Below are positions 46,482-57,910 of a DNA stretch of 64,000 nucleotides, piece by piece. The notes beneath the pieces are model-generated. The model was not told where the DNA came from, did no database searches, and saw nothing but the letters and a program-made list of their open reading frames with translations. Where the stretch lies: the NCBI RefSeq assembly GCF_032191835.1, contig NC_083239.1, positions 40,052,001 through 40,116,000 of the forward strand, written 5' to 3'. Source of the stretch: Heteronotia binoei. Taxonomy: Eukaryota. Numbering within the stretch: position 1 is the first letter of the stretch; each line of letters opens with the position of its first letter. The position numbers and the translations under genes were made by a program.

Positions 46482-47306
46482 TGTGGAGAAACAGCATTTT
46501 GACTGGCGTTTGTCTGGGAGTTGGCTAGAAGGAGGTTGTCAAAGTGGAGACAGGCTTTGGGCCTAGTCTCTTCCTCCCCCCCTCCCCTGTCTGGGAACAG
46601 CAATTCTGAGACCTCCTAGAGCGACAGGAAGTCTTTCAGGCTGGTCTCCCAGAATGCTGCAAGAAGGTAAACCAGTTCCTGGGCGGGAACTGGATTTTAT
46701 ATTGAAGATTTTGGGTGGGAAAGTCCTCAGTTAAAAGTTGTCAGGGGAAGCAGACAGTTCAGTCTGAGTTGGGCTTTGAGTTCAGTCAGTTGGGTTGGTG
46801 AGTCAGTCTGTGCTGGATGGCATGGTCATTGCAAGTATTGTATAACAGGGAAAGAAGGAGCGTTTCCCCCTACTTTCATTTATTTCTTCTGTTCACTATT
46901 TTAAAATGCCTGTATATAGTTATAAATTTTAAATAAATGTTTTGTCTTTTTAAAAGGTGGTCCCTCTGTACCACATAGTTTTCCCCAACCACCTTAGACC
47001 ACACTACTGCAAGAGGGGAGTCCAGGGAAGGGGGAAGACATACAGTTGGCAAGGGTGTCAATCCTCCAGGGGTCTCCCAAAGAAGGACTTTGGTCTCTGT
47101 CATAACCAGGACCTTGAGGCCAGGCCTCAGAACTGGCAGGAAGGGGGATTGGGAGTCCTGTTCCTCTCGGTCAGGAGCCCCTAAATTGAGCAGGTGGTGG
47201 CAGCGTGCCCTAGTGGCAGGAAGATCAGGTCCCTTCAGGAGTTGGCAACTCAAAAGGGAGTTGACAGGACCGGGTCTGAAGCCAGAATCGGGCCGGTTCC
47301 GTCACA
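46482..47306 (+). mobile_element. Solo LTR (about 825 bp)
   Basis: TGTG...CACA termini; near-TSD CAGAC/CAAAC; internal AATAAA; interrupts a hammerhead-family element. Confidence 0.7.
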
Positions 47307-48009
47307 CAAACCAACACCGCTATCCACCTGGATCTATCTTTGTAGAGTATGTATGTGCAGCAGTTTTAAAATTAAATGTCAGTGGCATATTCCTTCAAGG
47401 AAAATCAGTCTAAATAACCGACAATCTGCTATAGGAACGATGTGGATGTACCCACACTAACAGCAGTTATGGATGCGGGTCAGTGTCCCCTCTAAGCTGA
47501 GCTCACACATTTTTGTCTTCACTCAGGGAAAATGGCCCCAGTGCAAACTGATATATGCAGTAGCTCACCACTTTAATGCCAGTAGTTCAAGAGGTATAAT
47601 TCTTGCTCACAAGACTCCACAGCTCCATCCTGCTTCGTGTCTGGTCACTGCAAAAAACGCAGAGGGAGTTTTTTCAGCCATCCCAACGGTGCTGAACACA
47701 CACTGCCGGTCCGGTATCCCTCCCTGTTGTTCAGTCGCACAGTCGAGCCCGACTCTTTGCACTCCAGGCCTTCCTGTCTTCTACCATCCTCCCAAGTCTG
47801 CTCAAGTTTGTGTTAGCTACATCAATAACACTGATAGCCACCTTCAAGAGGGGTTTAGATAAAAATATGGAGCACAGGTCCATCAGTGGCTATTAGCCAC
47901 AGTTTGAGTGTATATATAAAAATTTTTGCCACTGTGTGACACAGAGTGTTGGACTGGATGGGCCGTTGGCCTGATCCAACATGGCTTCTCTTATATTCTT
48001 ATGTTCTAA

Positions 48010-48500
48010 CACTGTCCATAAGAATATAACATAAGAGAAGCCATATTGGATCAGGCCAATGGCCCATCCAGTCCAACACTCTGTGTCACACAGCGGCCAA
48101 AAAAAAAGGAGGCTCACAAGTGGGGCTAGAAGCCCTTCCACTTTGCCCCCCCCCCCCCCAAGCACCAAGAATACAGAGCATCACTGCCCCAGACAGTTCC
48201 AATAATATGCTGTGGCTAATAACCACTGATGGGCCTCTGCCCCATATTTTTATCCAAACCCCTCTTGAAGCTGGCTATGCTTGTAGCCGCCACCACGTCC
48301 TGTGGCAGTGAATTCCACATGTTAATCACCCTTTAGGGGAAGAAGAACTTCCTTTTATCCGTTCTAACCCGACTGCTCAGCAATTACATCGAATGCCCAC
48401 GAGTTCTTGTATTGTGAGAAACGGAGAAAAGGACTTCTTTCTCTACTTTCTCCATCCCATGCATAATCTTGTAAACCTCTATGATGTCACCCCGCAAGCG
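48010..48500 (-). mobile_element. CR1 3' fragment that truncates the third IRG
   Basis: LRGDIIEVYKIMHGMEKVEKEVLFS...RTRGHSM and a CR1 tail; tail-to-tail with another CR1 end at 47850-48005. Confidence 0.9.
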
Positions 48501-48821
48501 ATTGCAAACAACAAATATGAAGAAATCGTATTGGCTGCCATTTACCCTTTCTAGATATTCCTCAGCTTTGAAATTAGGTGGCCCAATTCCTGGTAGGTCC
48601 CATATTATTACATCTGGAACGGTGGAGTGTGGGTAGCCCACTGGCTCCATTGTAGTTTGCATCGCACCCGTTTCAGCGGCCCCCTCATCATAATCTGACA
48701 GACCTTGCAGGGCACTGACAAGGGATGATTTACCAACACCCCACGTCCCTGTGATGGCAATGTCGAGTGTGGTTTGTTCAAAAGCTTCCTGTCTTTGTTC
48801 CGTTGAGTTTTTACCACCCAT
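48384..48821 (-). pseudogene. Truncated IRG-family GTPase fused in frame to a CR1 ORF2 tail (145 aa)
   Basis: MGGKNS start; LDIAITGTWGVGKSS, TTMEP..YPH, IWDLPGIG and YDFFIF; no G4 motif or C-terminal helical domain; acceptor at 48847/48846. Confidence 0.85.
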
Positions 48822-49214
48822 GATGGCTCTTGAATATTCAGTTGATCTGAAAAATAAACACAAATATTGGGTCTGTTAACTCTGACTGCTACGTAATATT
48901 TACATGTCGTTTTCCTCATACAATCTAGATTTAGCTGTGGGGAAGGGATCAGTTTACTTGAGGTGTTTACCATGGGTAGAACAATTTCTACCCATTTCTT
49001 TGTTATATTATGGAAAGCCCTATATGGTATGGGACCAGATTCAGTAGGAGCTTACAGGAGCACAGCTCCTGAAACTTTCTGATGGTTCCCCTTCTCCCTC
49101 CCCACCTACCTTGTCCATTGAATAGTAGGTGCAGCTGCATAACAATCCCTGGATTAGGAGAGCAGGCAAGCAGCCAGCCATCAGGAGCTTTGCCACACCC
49201 CCAGCAGCCCTCAC

Positions 49215-51300
49215 TAAGAACGTAAGAGAAGCCATGTTGGATCAGGCCAATGGCCCATCCAGTCCAACACTGTGTCACACAGTGGCCAATATATGTGTGT
49301 GTGTATATACACACACACATATATATACTGTGGCTAACAGCCACTGATGGACCTCTGCTCCATATTTTTATTCAATCCCCTTTTAAAGCTGGCTATGCTT
49401 GTAGCCGCCACCACCTCCTGTGGCAGTGAATTCCACATGTTAATCACCCTTTGGGTGAAGAAGTACTTTTTAAAATCCATTTTAACCTGACTGTTCAGCA
49501 ATTTCATTGAATGCCCACGAGTTCTTGTATTGTGAGAAAGGGAGAAAAGTACTTCTTTCTCTACTTTCTCCATCCCATGCATAATCTCGTAAACCTCTAT
49601 GTCACCCCGCAGTCGACGTTTCTCCAAGCTATAGCACCCCAAGCGTTTTAACCTTTCTTCATAGGGAAAGTGTTCCAAACCTTTAATCATTCTAATTACC
49701 CTTTTCTGCACTTTTTCCAATGCTATAATATCCTTTTTGAGGTGCGGTGACCAGAATTGTACACAGTATTCCAAATGAGACCTCGATTTATACAGGGGCA
49801 CTATGATACTGACTGATTTGTTTTCAATTCCCTTCCTAATAATTCCCGGCCTTTTTTATTGCATTGCACACTGCCTTGACATTTTCGGTGAGTTATCTAC
49901 CACGACCCCAAGATCTCTCTCTTGGTCAGTCTCTGCCAGTTCACAACCCATCAACTTGTATTTGTAGCTGGCATTCTTGGACCCAATGCGCATTACTTTG
50001 CACTTGGCCACATTGAACCTCATCTGCCACGCTGTCACCCACTCGTCCAGCCTCAACAGATCCCTTTGGAGTGCCTCACAATCCTCTCTGGTTCTCACCA
50101 CCCTGAATAATTTAGTGTCATCTGCAAATTTGGCCACTTCACTGCTTACTCCCAACTCCAAATCATTAATGAACAAGCTGAAGAGCATGGGACCCAGTAC
50201 TGAGCCCTGCGGCACCCCACTGCTTACCGTCCTCCACTGTGAAGACTGCCCATTTATACTCACTCTCTGCTTCCTATTAATTAGCCAGTTTTTGATCCAC
50301 AAGAGGACCTGTTCTTTTGCTCCATGACTCTCAAGCTTACTAAGGAGCCTTTGATGAAGAACTTTATCAAAAGCTTTCTGGAAGTCAAGGTAAACAACAT
50401 TTATTGGGTCCCCTTTGTCCACATGTTTGTTCACCCCCTCAAAGAACTGTAACAGATTAGTGAGGCAAGCTCTTCCCTTACAGAACCCATGCTGAGTCTT
50501 CCCCAATAACTTCTCTTCATCAATGTGCCTACTCATTCTGTCCTTGATAATGGTTTCTACCAACTTTCCCGGTATTGAAGTCAGACTGACTAGCCTGTAA
50601 TTTCCCGGATCTCCTCTGGAACCCTTTTTAAAGATGGGGGTGACATTTGCTACCTTCCAGTCCTCAGGAACAGAGGCAGATTTCAATTAAAGATTACATA
50701 TTCTTATCAGGAGATCCACAAGTTCAACTTTGAGTTCTTTAGAACTCTTGAATGTATGCCATCCGGAACTGGTGACATTAGTTTTTAATTCATCAATCAG
50801 TTGTAGGACCTCCTCTCTTGTCACCTCAATCTGACTCAGGTCTTTCAGCACCCCTTCCAAAATTAGTGGTTCTGGAGCGGGCAAACACTTCTCATCTTCC
50901 ACAGTGAAGACGGAGGCAAAAAATGCATTCAGCTTCTCAGCCATTTCCCTATCCTTCAGTAATCCTTTTACCCCTTGGTCATCCAAGGGCCCCACTGCCT
51001 CCCTGGCTGGTTTCCTGCTTCTAATATATTTGAAGAAATTTTTATTGTTGATCTTTATGTTTTTTGCAATATGCTCCTCATAGTCCGTTTTTGCCTGCCT
51101 GATCATAGTCTTGCATTTGATTTGCCACAGCCTGTGTTCCCTTTTATTAATCTCACTTGGGCTAGCTTTCCAGGGCTTAAAGGAGTCCTTCTTACCTTTT
51201 ACAGCTTCCATTACTTTGTTAACCATGCAAGCCTTTTCTTATACCTGTTTGTGCCTTTCCTAACTTGTGGTATATATTTCATCTGAGCTTCTAGGAATGT
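49215..51300 (-). mobile_element. CR1 LINE (RT region to 3' end, disrupted)
   Basis: DWKVANVTPIFKKG..DPGNYR.VSLTS, YLDFQKAFDKV, GVPQGSVLGP, FADDTKL; split across three ORFs. Confidence 0.95.
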
Positions 51301-51429
51301 AGTTTTACATATCTGCACGGATTCTGCAAATTGGGTTAAAGGCCACGATGGGCCAGACGGTGAAATTTTAACAACACTCAGCATTATGAAATTTTAGAAA
51401 TTCCGTTTAAAAAAAGAAAGAAAGAAACC

Positions 51430-51924
51430 TTTCTGCAACAGAATCTGAGCCGCCCTTTCGGCTATTTCCTCTCATTTGATAAGAAATCACTCCCCCCCCC
51501 CCCATCATTTTAAGTTTCACTTTCTTGTATTTCGCTTGATCGAGTGGGAAACCGGCCGCAGCAGTCTTGGCCGCGGACTTCCTTATCCAGCTAATGGCAA
51601 GGCGAGGTTTGCAGGCAGCGGGCTTTCCCCGGGTTCTTTCCAAGGGCACTTTTGCAGGAGTCCATCCTCGGTTCGAAGTCCGCCTTGGGAACAAAAAGGG
51701 TTTTCCCCACGCAAGATAAAAACACGTGCCTTCCAGCAGGGGTCAGGCGAGCGCCGCCATCTCTTGCGCACGCATTTACACGCGCCCCAAGACAGGAAAG
51801 TGCCTGTTTTCGGAGAAGCAGGAAGCTGCACCGGCTTGGGCGTCCTAGCAACTTCATTCTCTCTCGAGAAACGCCTTCCGAACCCACCCCTTTCCTCGTA
51901 GCCGAGTTGCTCCTTGCTGCTCAG
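51430..51924 (+). promoter_or_regulatory. Promoter P2 and non-coding first exon of IRG paralog B (inverted copy of P1)
   Basis: ISRE AGTTTCACTTTCT at 51513-51525; CACGTG; CCTAGCAAC; donor CAG|GTGCCT at 51924/51925; reverse-complement similarity to 39890-40700. Confidence 0.72.
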
Positions 51925-54841
51925 GTGCCTGGATTGTTACACACGGGTGGAAAAGGTAAAGGCGGAGGAGGGTTGGGGCAAAGGACGAGGCCGGGATGGG
52001 GGTTGCAAAGCTTTTGCAAGAAATCGACAGGCAGCCCCTTTCGAACGGCTTTGCGAAAACCTCCGCCTTCCCCAAAAAATCACAACTAGGCTTTGCAGAG
52101 CAGTGATTCCGCGGAGTAGAGGGATTGGTGGCGAGATCTGCCCGGGAGTTTCGGGACGGTCGTAGGCGGGTCTCCAGATTGCATGTTGCAAGCGGCCGGC
52201 GGATGAACAAGTCACCGAGGGGCTTCACGGGTCGTTGGAAAGGAAAGGTCCCTTGTTCAAGCACCAGTCGTTTCCGACTCTGGGGTGACGTCGCTTTCAC
52301 AGCGTTTTCACGGCAGACTTTTGATGGGGTGGTTTGCCATTGCCTCCCCCAGTCATCTACATTTTCTCCCCAGCAAGCTGGGTACTCATTTTATCCACCT
52401 CGGAAGGATGGAAGACTAAGTCAGCCTCGAGCCGGCTACCTGAAAACCCAGCTTCCACCGGGGATCGAACTCAGGTCGTTAGGAGGGGACGAAATGTGGG
52501 TTTCGTGCCTGTTTGCTAGCCCTGTTTAACCAGTTTGGTGTAATGGTTAAGTGTGTGAACTCTTATCTGGGAGAACCCGGGGTTGATTCCCCACTCCTCC
52601 CCTTGCAGCTGCTGGAATGGCCTTGGGTCAGCCATAGCTATCTCAGGAGTTGTCCTTGAAAAGGCAGCTGCTGTGAGAGCCCCTCTCAGCCCCACCCACC
52701 TCACAGGGTGTCTGTTGTGGGGGGGAGAAGATAAGAGTCCGCACACTTAACCACTACACCAAGCTGGCTCTCAGTTCCCCTGAAGAAAAGGGATTGTTTG
52801 GAGGGTGGACACTACAGCATTGTGTCCCACAGAGCTCCCTGTCTTCCCCAGGTTCCATTCTGAGATCTCCAAGAGTTTCCCAACCCTGGAGCTGGCAGCC
52901 CTAACCCCCCCCCCCCCATTCCCTGCCAGGGGCCAGAAGACACCTGGCAACCCTAGGAGCAGGAGGGGTTGCATTTCTGGATGAGAGGGAGGGATACATC
53001 CATTTTGTTGAGGCAAAGGGTTACGTGGGTTACGATTAGAAGTGATCTGAGGAGAAGATCCACATCTCTCCTATACAAGGGGCCCTTCAGTGGCTTTGAA
53101 AGGACCTAGGAAAGAGGCTGATTTGAGGCCTAGAACAAGATGGCTGCCGAGGCACCTGATGAACCAGAGTTTAGTGGAAGCCGCTCTAAAAAGTGATTTG
53201 AGATTTCTTTACGTGATGTTGAGGGGACACTGTTCCCTCAGTGGTTTTGAGGCTGAGGAACAACTGTGGGGCACTATCAGCTGTTCACTGCTCTCTGTAT
53301 TTCTCTGTGGGATTATGAAATTACATATTTATGCTTCTTAACCAAGGCTAATTGTTTAGATTATAATTTTTGCCCTTCCCCAGAGAGCAGAGCACTTGAT
53401 TTTGTTGGGGTAGTTGACTCTGTCGTCAACATGCTTCACCCCCTTGAATTTACACATAGATGTGGAGGGTCTGGTTCTCCCCTCAGGATAAAGCGGGGAA
53501 AGCCATACCTGAATAATACCGCATTCAGTTTGGGAGTCCATAGTGACTTAATCCAGATTAGTTATCCCCTTAATGCTATATGTACCAATGGTGGTTCAAG
53601 AATGGGCTTTCCTTCGGTATGGATTAAGGCGGTGAATGTGAATATTTGTATCCCCAAAGGAATAAAAAAGAGACAAATGTTGAGAGAGGTTGTATGATGT
53701 AGAAGCAGGAGCTTTGAACTATGACTGGAGAAACCTGAGTTCTAATCCTTGCTTGGCCATGAAAGTCACTGGGGAACTGGGATCGGCCATATGTGTTTAG
53801 GCCTAAATCTACCTCACAGGATTGTTTTAAGGAACAGGGGAGGGAGAACCAAATGCGTTCTTTGAACTGTTTGGATGTGGAATGGGATAAATAATACCTA
53901 AAACTGGTTGAATTTCATGTGTCTGAGTGAGTTTTGTCTCCCAGACAACCTTCAATGGAGAGCCAGTTTGGTGTAGTGGTTAAGTGTGCGGACTCTTATC
54001 TGGGAGAACCGGGTTTGATTCCCCACTCCTCCACTTGCACCTGCTGGAATGGCCTTGGGTCAGCCATAGCTCTGGCAGAGGTTGTCCTTGAAAGGGCAGC
54101 TGCTGTGAGAGCCCTCTCCAGCCCCACCCACCTCACAGGGTGTCTGTTGTGGAGGAGGAAGGTAAAGGAGATTGTGAGCCGCTCTGAGACTCTTCGGAGT
54201 GGAGGGCGGGATATACATCCAATATATCTTCTTCTTTTATCTTCTACCCCTTTCCAAAATTTCCAACCCCCCTGCAAATATGAAGACAACACTCCACTCT
54301 TGTCCATGGGTTCTTTGCCAGGATTTATCTGGCCCATATATCCTCAGTGTGTGGTGCTTGGAAACACCCTGTGCTTGGAAACATTATTTTATATCAAACA
54401 CAGATTTTTTATTTATTTGGTGTATTTTCTTCATGCTGTTTCTCTAAGCAACTTGAGGCAGTGTACATAGTTCTCCCATTTTACCCTCACAGTAAGCTCT
54501 GTAAGAAGAGCCCTGTAAGCTTTTGGAGGATTCGCTACATTAGGGACGTGTGGCCTAATATGCAAAGGAGTTCCTGCTACAAAAAAAGCCCTGAGCTTTC
54601 TTATCCTGGGTCTGTGTTGATCTGAACGTTGATGTAGTTTTAGCTCTAGTATAAAAGATGGCTGATCTCTGCAAAGGCGAAGTTTCCTTGTATCTGAGAA
54701 AAAGCTTCAAATGTTGCTGAGTGGAGGAATACGATGCAGGCTAGTGTTCCCCAAACTGAGAAAGGAAGGTCTGTTTTTAAATGTTTCACAGTAAGAGTTG
54801 TATACTCTCTCTCCTTTCCTCTCAGGCCTCGACTTGATCCA

Positions 54842-56077
54842 ATGGCGGTTCAGCCCCCAGTGGCTTTGCCCAGCAGGGCTGAGCTCATAGAAGAATATGA
54901 CATCATTACCGAAGAGGACATTGAAGAGATTAAAGATGCTCTCGAAGGAGGGAGAATGGCAGATGCTGCCTCCAAGATCATGGAAAACTTGCAGGCCTTG
55001 GAAAACGCTTGTCTTGATATCGCAGTAACAGGAGAGTCTGGCTCCGGGAAGTCCTCTTTTGTTAACGCCATCCGAGGCCTAGGAGATGAAGATAATGGAT
55101 CTGCCGCCACCGGGGTGGTGGAGACGACTGTAAAGCCAACTCCTTACCCACACCCCAAGCATCCCAACGTGACGGTTTGGGACTTGCCAGGAATCGGTAC
55201 GCCCGACTTCCAGTCTGACACTTACCTGGAACAGGTGAACTTCTCCCGCTATGACTTCTTTATTCTCATCGCCTCAGAACGCTTCAAAACCAACCATGCC
55301 CGTCTGGCCCAAGAGATCCAGAAGCAGGGCAAACGCTTCTATTTTGTACGTTCCAAAGTAGACGCAGACTTGGAGGCCACCAAGAAGCGTCGGCCACACG
55401 CCTACAATGAGGAGGACATATTGCGGCAGATCCGTGAGAACTGCAAAGCGTGCCTGGAGGCTGAAAATGTGGTATCGCCCCGTATTTTTCTCCTTTCCAA
55501 CTGGGAGCTGAGCAAGTACGACTTTGTGCGGCTGGAGGAGACCTTGGAGCAAGAGCTTCCGAGCCACAAGAGACACGCCTTCCTCCTTGCCCTGCCCAAC
55601 ATCTCTTTAGGAATCTTACACAAAAAGAGAGAGGCCTTACAGAAGCAGATCTGGAAGCTTGCTACCGTCTCGTGTGGTGTGGCAGCTGTGCCCATCCCGG
55701 GTCTCGCTGTGGTGTGTGACGTGACTATCCTGGTCAAGGCCCTTTCAGAGTACCGCAGGAGTTTTGGCCTGGATGGTGACTCCCTGGAGAAGTTGGCAGA
55801 GAAGGTGGGCAAGCCTGTGGAGGAGATCAAAGAGGTGATTAAGTCCCCCTTGGCCAGGGAGATCTCCAAGGATGTGGTGTTGAAGATGCTGACCAAGGCT
55901 GGAGGCGGAGCATTGATGATGGCTGAGTATCTTGCTAGTGCAGTGCCCATATTTGGTTCTTTGGCCGCTGGGGGGATCTCCTTTGGAACAACCTACTACA
56001 TGCTCTGGAGTTCCCTCAACGAAGTAGCAGACGATGCTCACAATGTTCTCATCAAGGCCTTTGAGTCTGACGTTTGA
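54842..56077 (+). CDS. IRGC: IRGC-like immunity-related GTPase, paralog B (411 aa)
   Basis: Acceptor at 54825/54826, ATG at 54842; G1 GESGSGKS, switch I TGVVETT, G3 DLPG, G4 SKVD, G5 SNW; about 89% identical to paralog A by hand alignment (42 differences in 373 aa). Confidence 0.92.
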   Translation: MAVQPPVALPSRAELIEEYDIITEEDIEEIKDALEGGRMADAASKIMENLQALENACLDIAVTGESGSGKSSFVNAIRGLGDEDNGSAATGVVETTVKPTPYPHPKHPNVTVWDLPGIGTPDFQSDTYLEQVNFSRYDFFILIASERFKTNHARLAQEIQKQGKRFYFVRSKVDADLEATKKRRPHAYNEEDILRQIRENCKACLEAENVVSPRIFLLSNWELSKYDFVRLEETLEQELPSHKRHAFLLALPNISLGILHKKREALQKQIWKLATVSCGVAAVPIPGLAVVCDVTILVKALSEYRRSFGLDGDSLEKLAEKVGKPVEEIKEVIKSPLAREISKDVVLKMLTKAGGGALMMAEYLASAVPIFGSLAAGGISFGTTYYMLWSSLNEVADDAHNVLIKAFESDV

Positions 56078-57559
56078 AAAGATTCTTGGGATGTTGTATG
56101 GAAGATCTGGGACACATCCTCTCTAAATAGAACTCTGGTCAAACGAATGGAGCTTTTTCTTTCTTTGCTAACTGAATTCCTGTCTCGTCTTCTGGTGTAA
56201 GCGGGAAGGGGTACAAGACTACGAATGCTTGACGATCACAGCACTGGGGTTTGGTCTTCTGAATTTCTGCTTCTTTTGCCGAGTTTAGTTCTTGTGGATT
56301 CCATCCCCGGGGTCCTGAAAATGAAGTGGTGTGGTGGCTAACAAACCTCTAAAATTTTTCACCGGCGCTTCTGCAAATTAGCCCATTTCCAAGACTCTGT
56401 GAGCTTACACCTGTATGAAATTCCTTTTATTTGTTTGTTCTTTCTATTTCTATTCCAGTTGCCTCTGCTATTGTTGCATAGAGGTGCTCGAAACTCGGTG
56501 CTTCCCGGATTTAGCACTTAGAAGTCTTGGTTTTGGTCCAGAGATCTCCTTGCAATGGCCTAATCCATTGACAAGGCAGAACATCACTTTTTAGTACGAT
56601 TTCTCTAGTGATTTTTAATTAAAATAGAGTTTGTTAGATAACCTAACTTATGGTGCTGAACTTTTGCAGAAAATTCAATTGGTTTGATTAGTTCTTGTGG
56701 ATTCCATCCCAGGGATCTTGGAAAAAGGAAATAGTGTAAGTGGCTAATGAACCTCTAAAACTTCTCACTGGTATTTGCAAATTTGCCCATTTCCAAAGCT
56801 CTTTGAGCTTACACCAGTGTGAAGTTTCTTTATTTGTTTTTTCCTTTACAGTTTATTAGATAATCTAGTTTATGGTGCGGAAATTTTGCAGAAGACTCCA
56901 CTGGTTTGATTTCGTGGGAGCGGCATTTACTTATACAGGACTGTATTAGAGGACTTAATTTGTGACCAGTTGGGCTAGAAATTAATTCTTCTCAGGCCCT
57001 GAATTTTCAGTCCACCATTTTGAGCCACTTGAACCTTAAGGCCTTCTCCCTCGCACGTCATTCTGTGAGAAGGCCTTGAGCATACTGATAGGTTGACCTG
57101 GCAGAATGATACTCTCCCCCCCCCCCTCCTCCCGGAAACTAAATCTTCTGGCTTCTATGAAGGGAAAAGTTAATGCCAAAACCTGTTTCCATCCTGTCTT
57201 CTTTCTAGTTCTTGGGAACTTTTTAAAAAGATACTCTATTTTTTAATGGGAAAAATTAAAAGACTGTGAAAATCATTTTCGAGATGAAGGGCCTTTGCTT
57301 TCACAAATCAGTTTGCCAAGTCGCAGGTAGATCTCCAAAAGTCCTTAAATAAAGCATTCCTTGATAGGTGGTTGCAGGGGGGTTTTTGTAGCGGGAACTC
57401 TTTTGCATATTAGGCCGCACCCCCCTGATGTAGGCAGTCATCCTGCAGCTTAGAGTAGGCCCTGTACTAAGAGCCCTGTAAGCTCTTGGAGGATTGGCTA
57501 CATCAGGGGGTGTGTGGCCTAATAGGCAAAGGAGTTCCTGCTACAGAAAAACTCCTGGG

Positions 57560-57910
57560 TGGTTTTAAGATCAAGGTTGGCCATTAATCACGCACTAGAA
57601 ATTCTAGCTGATTTTTTGGGGTCATTGAAAATCTACTGACGCTGCCCTTGACCCAGCAATTCCAGCAGTGGACCAGGCGATCTGCTTTATTGAGATCCGG
57701 AACTCGTTTTGTGTTTTGACTGGAAAGGTTGTTCGCCCTCAACTTTTTAAAAAAACTTAAATTCACATAAAATTTGTTTCTGTACTACTGAGTCCAGTCT
57801 GGAAATTTCTTTCACATTTATGAAATACGTTGTAATCCAGCAGTAGGTTTCTTTAGGCAAGGAAGAAGTTCTACAGCAATACAGCTTTGGGGGAAACTCC
57901 CAGATGTTGG
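57560..57910 (-). mobile_element. Degenerate L1/Tx1-like ORF2 fragment
   Basis: Weak resemblance only, including an RSPGP motif; multiple stops. Confidence 0.35.

Noticed and set aside
51289-51297. GAS-like TTCTAGGAA near P2
   Set aside because: It lies inside the CR1 insertion and I saw no counterpart in P1
54734-54841. 36-aa N-terminal extension of IRG paralog B in the ORF track
   Set aside because: It runs through a polypyrimidine tract and AG acceptor shared with paralog A, so most of it is intronic
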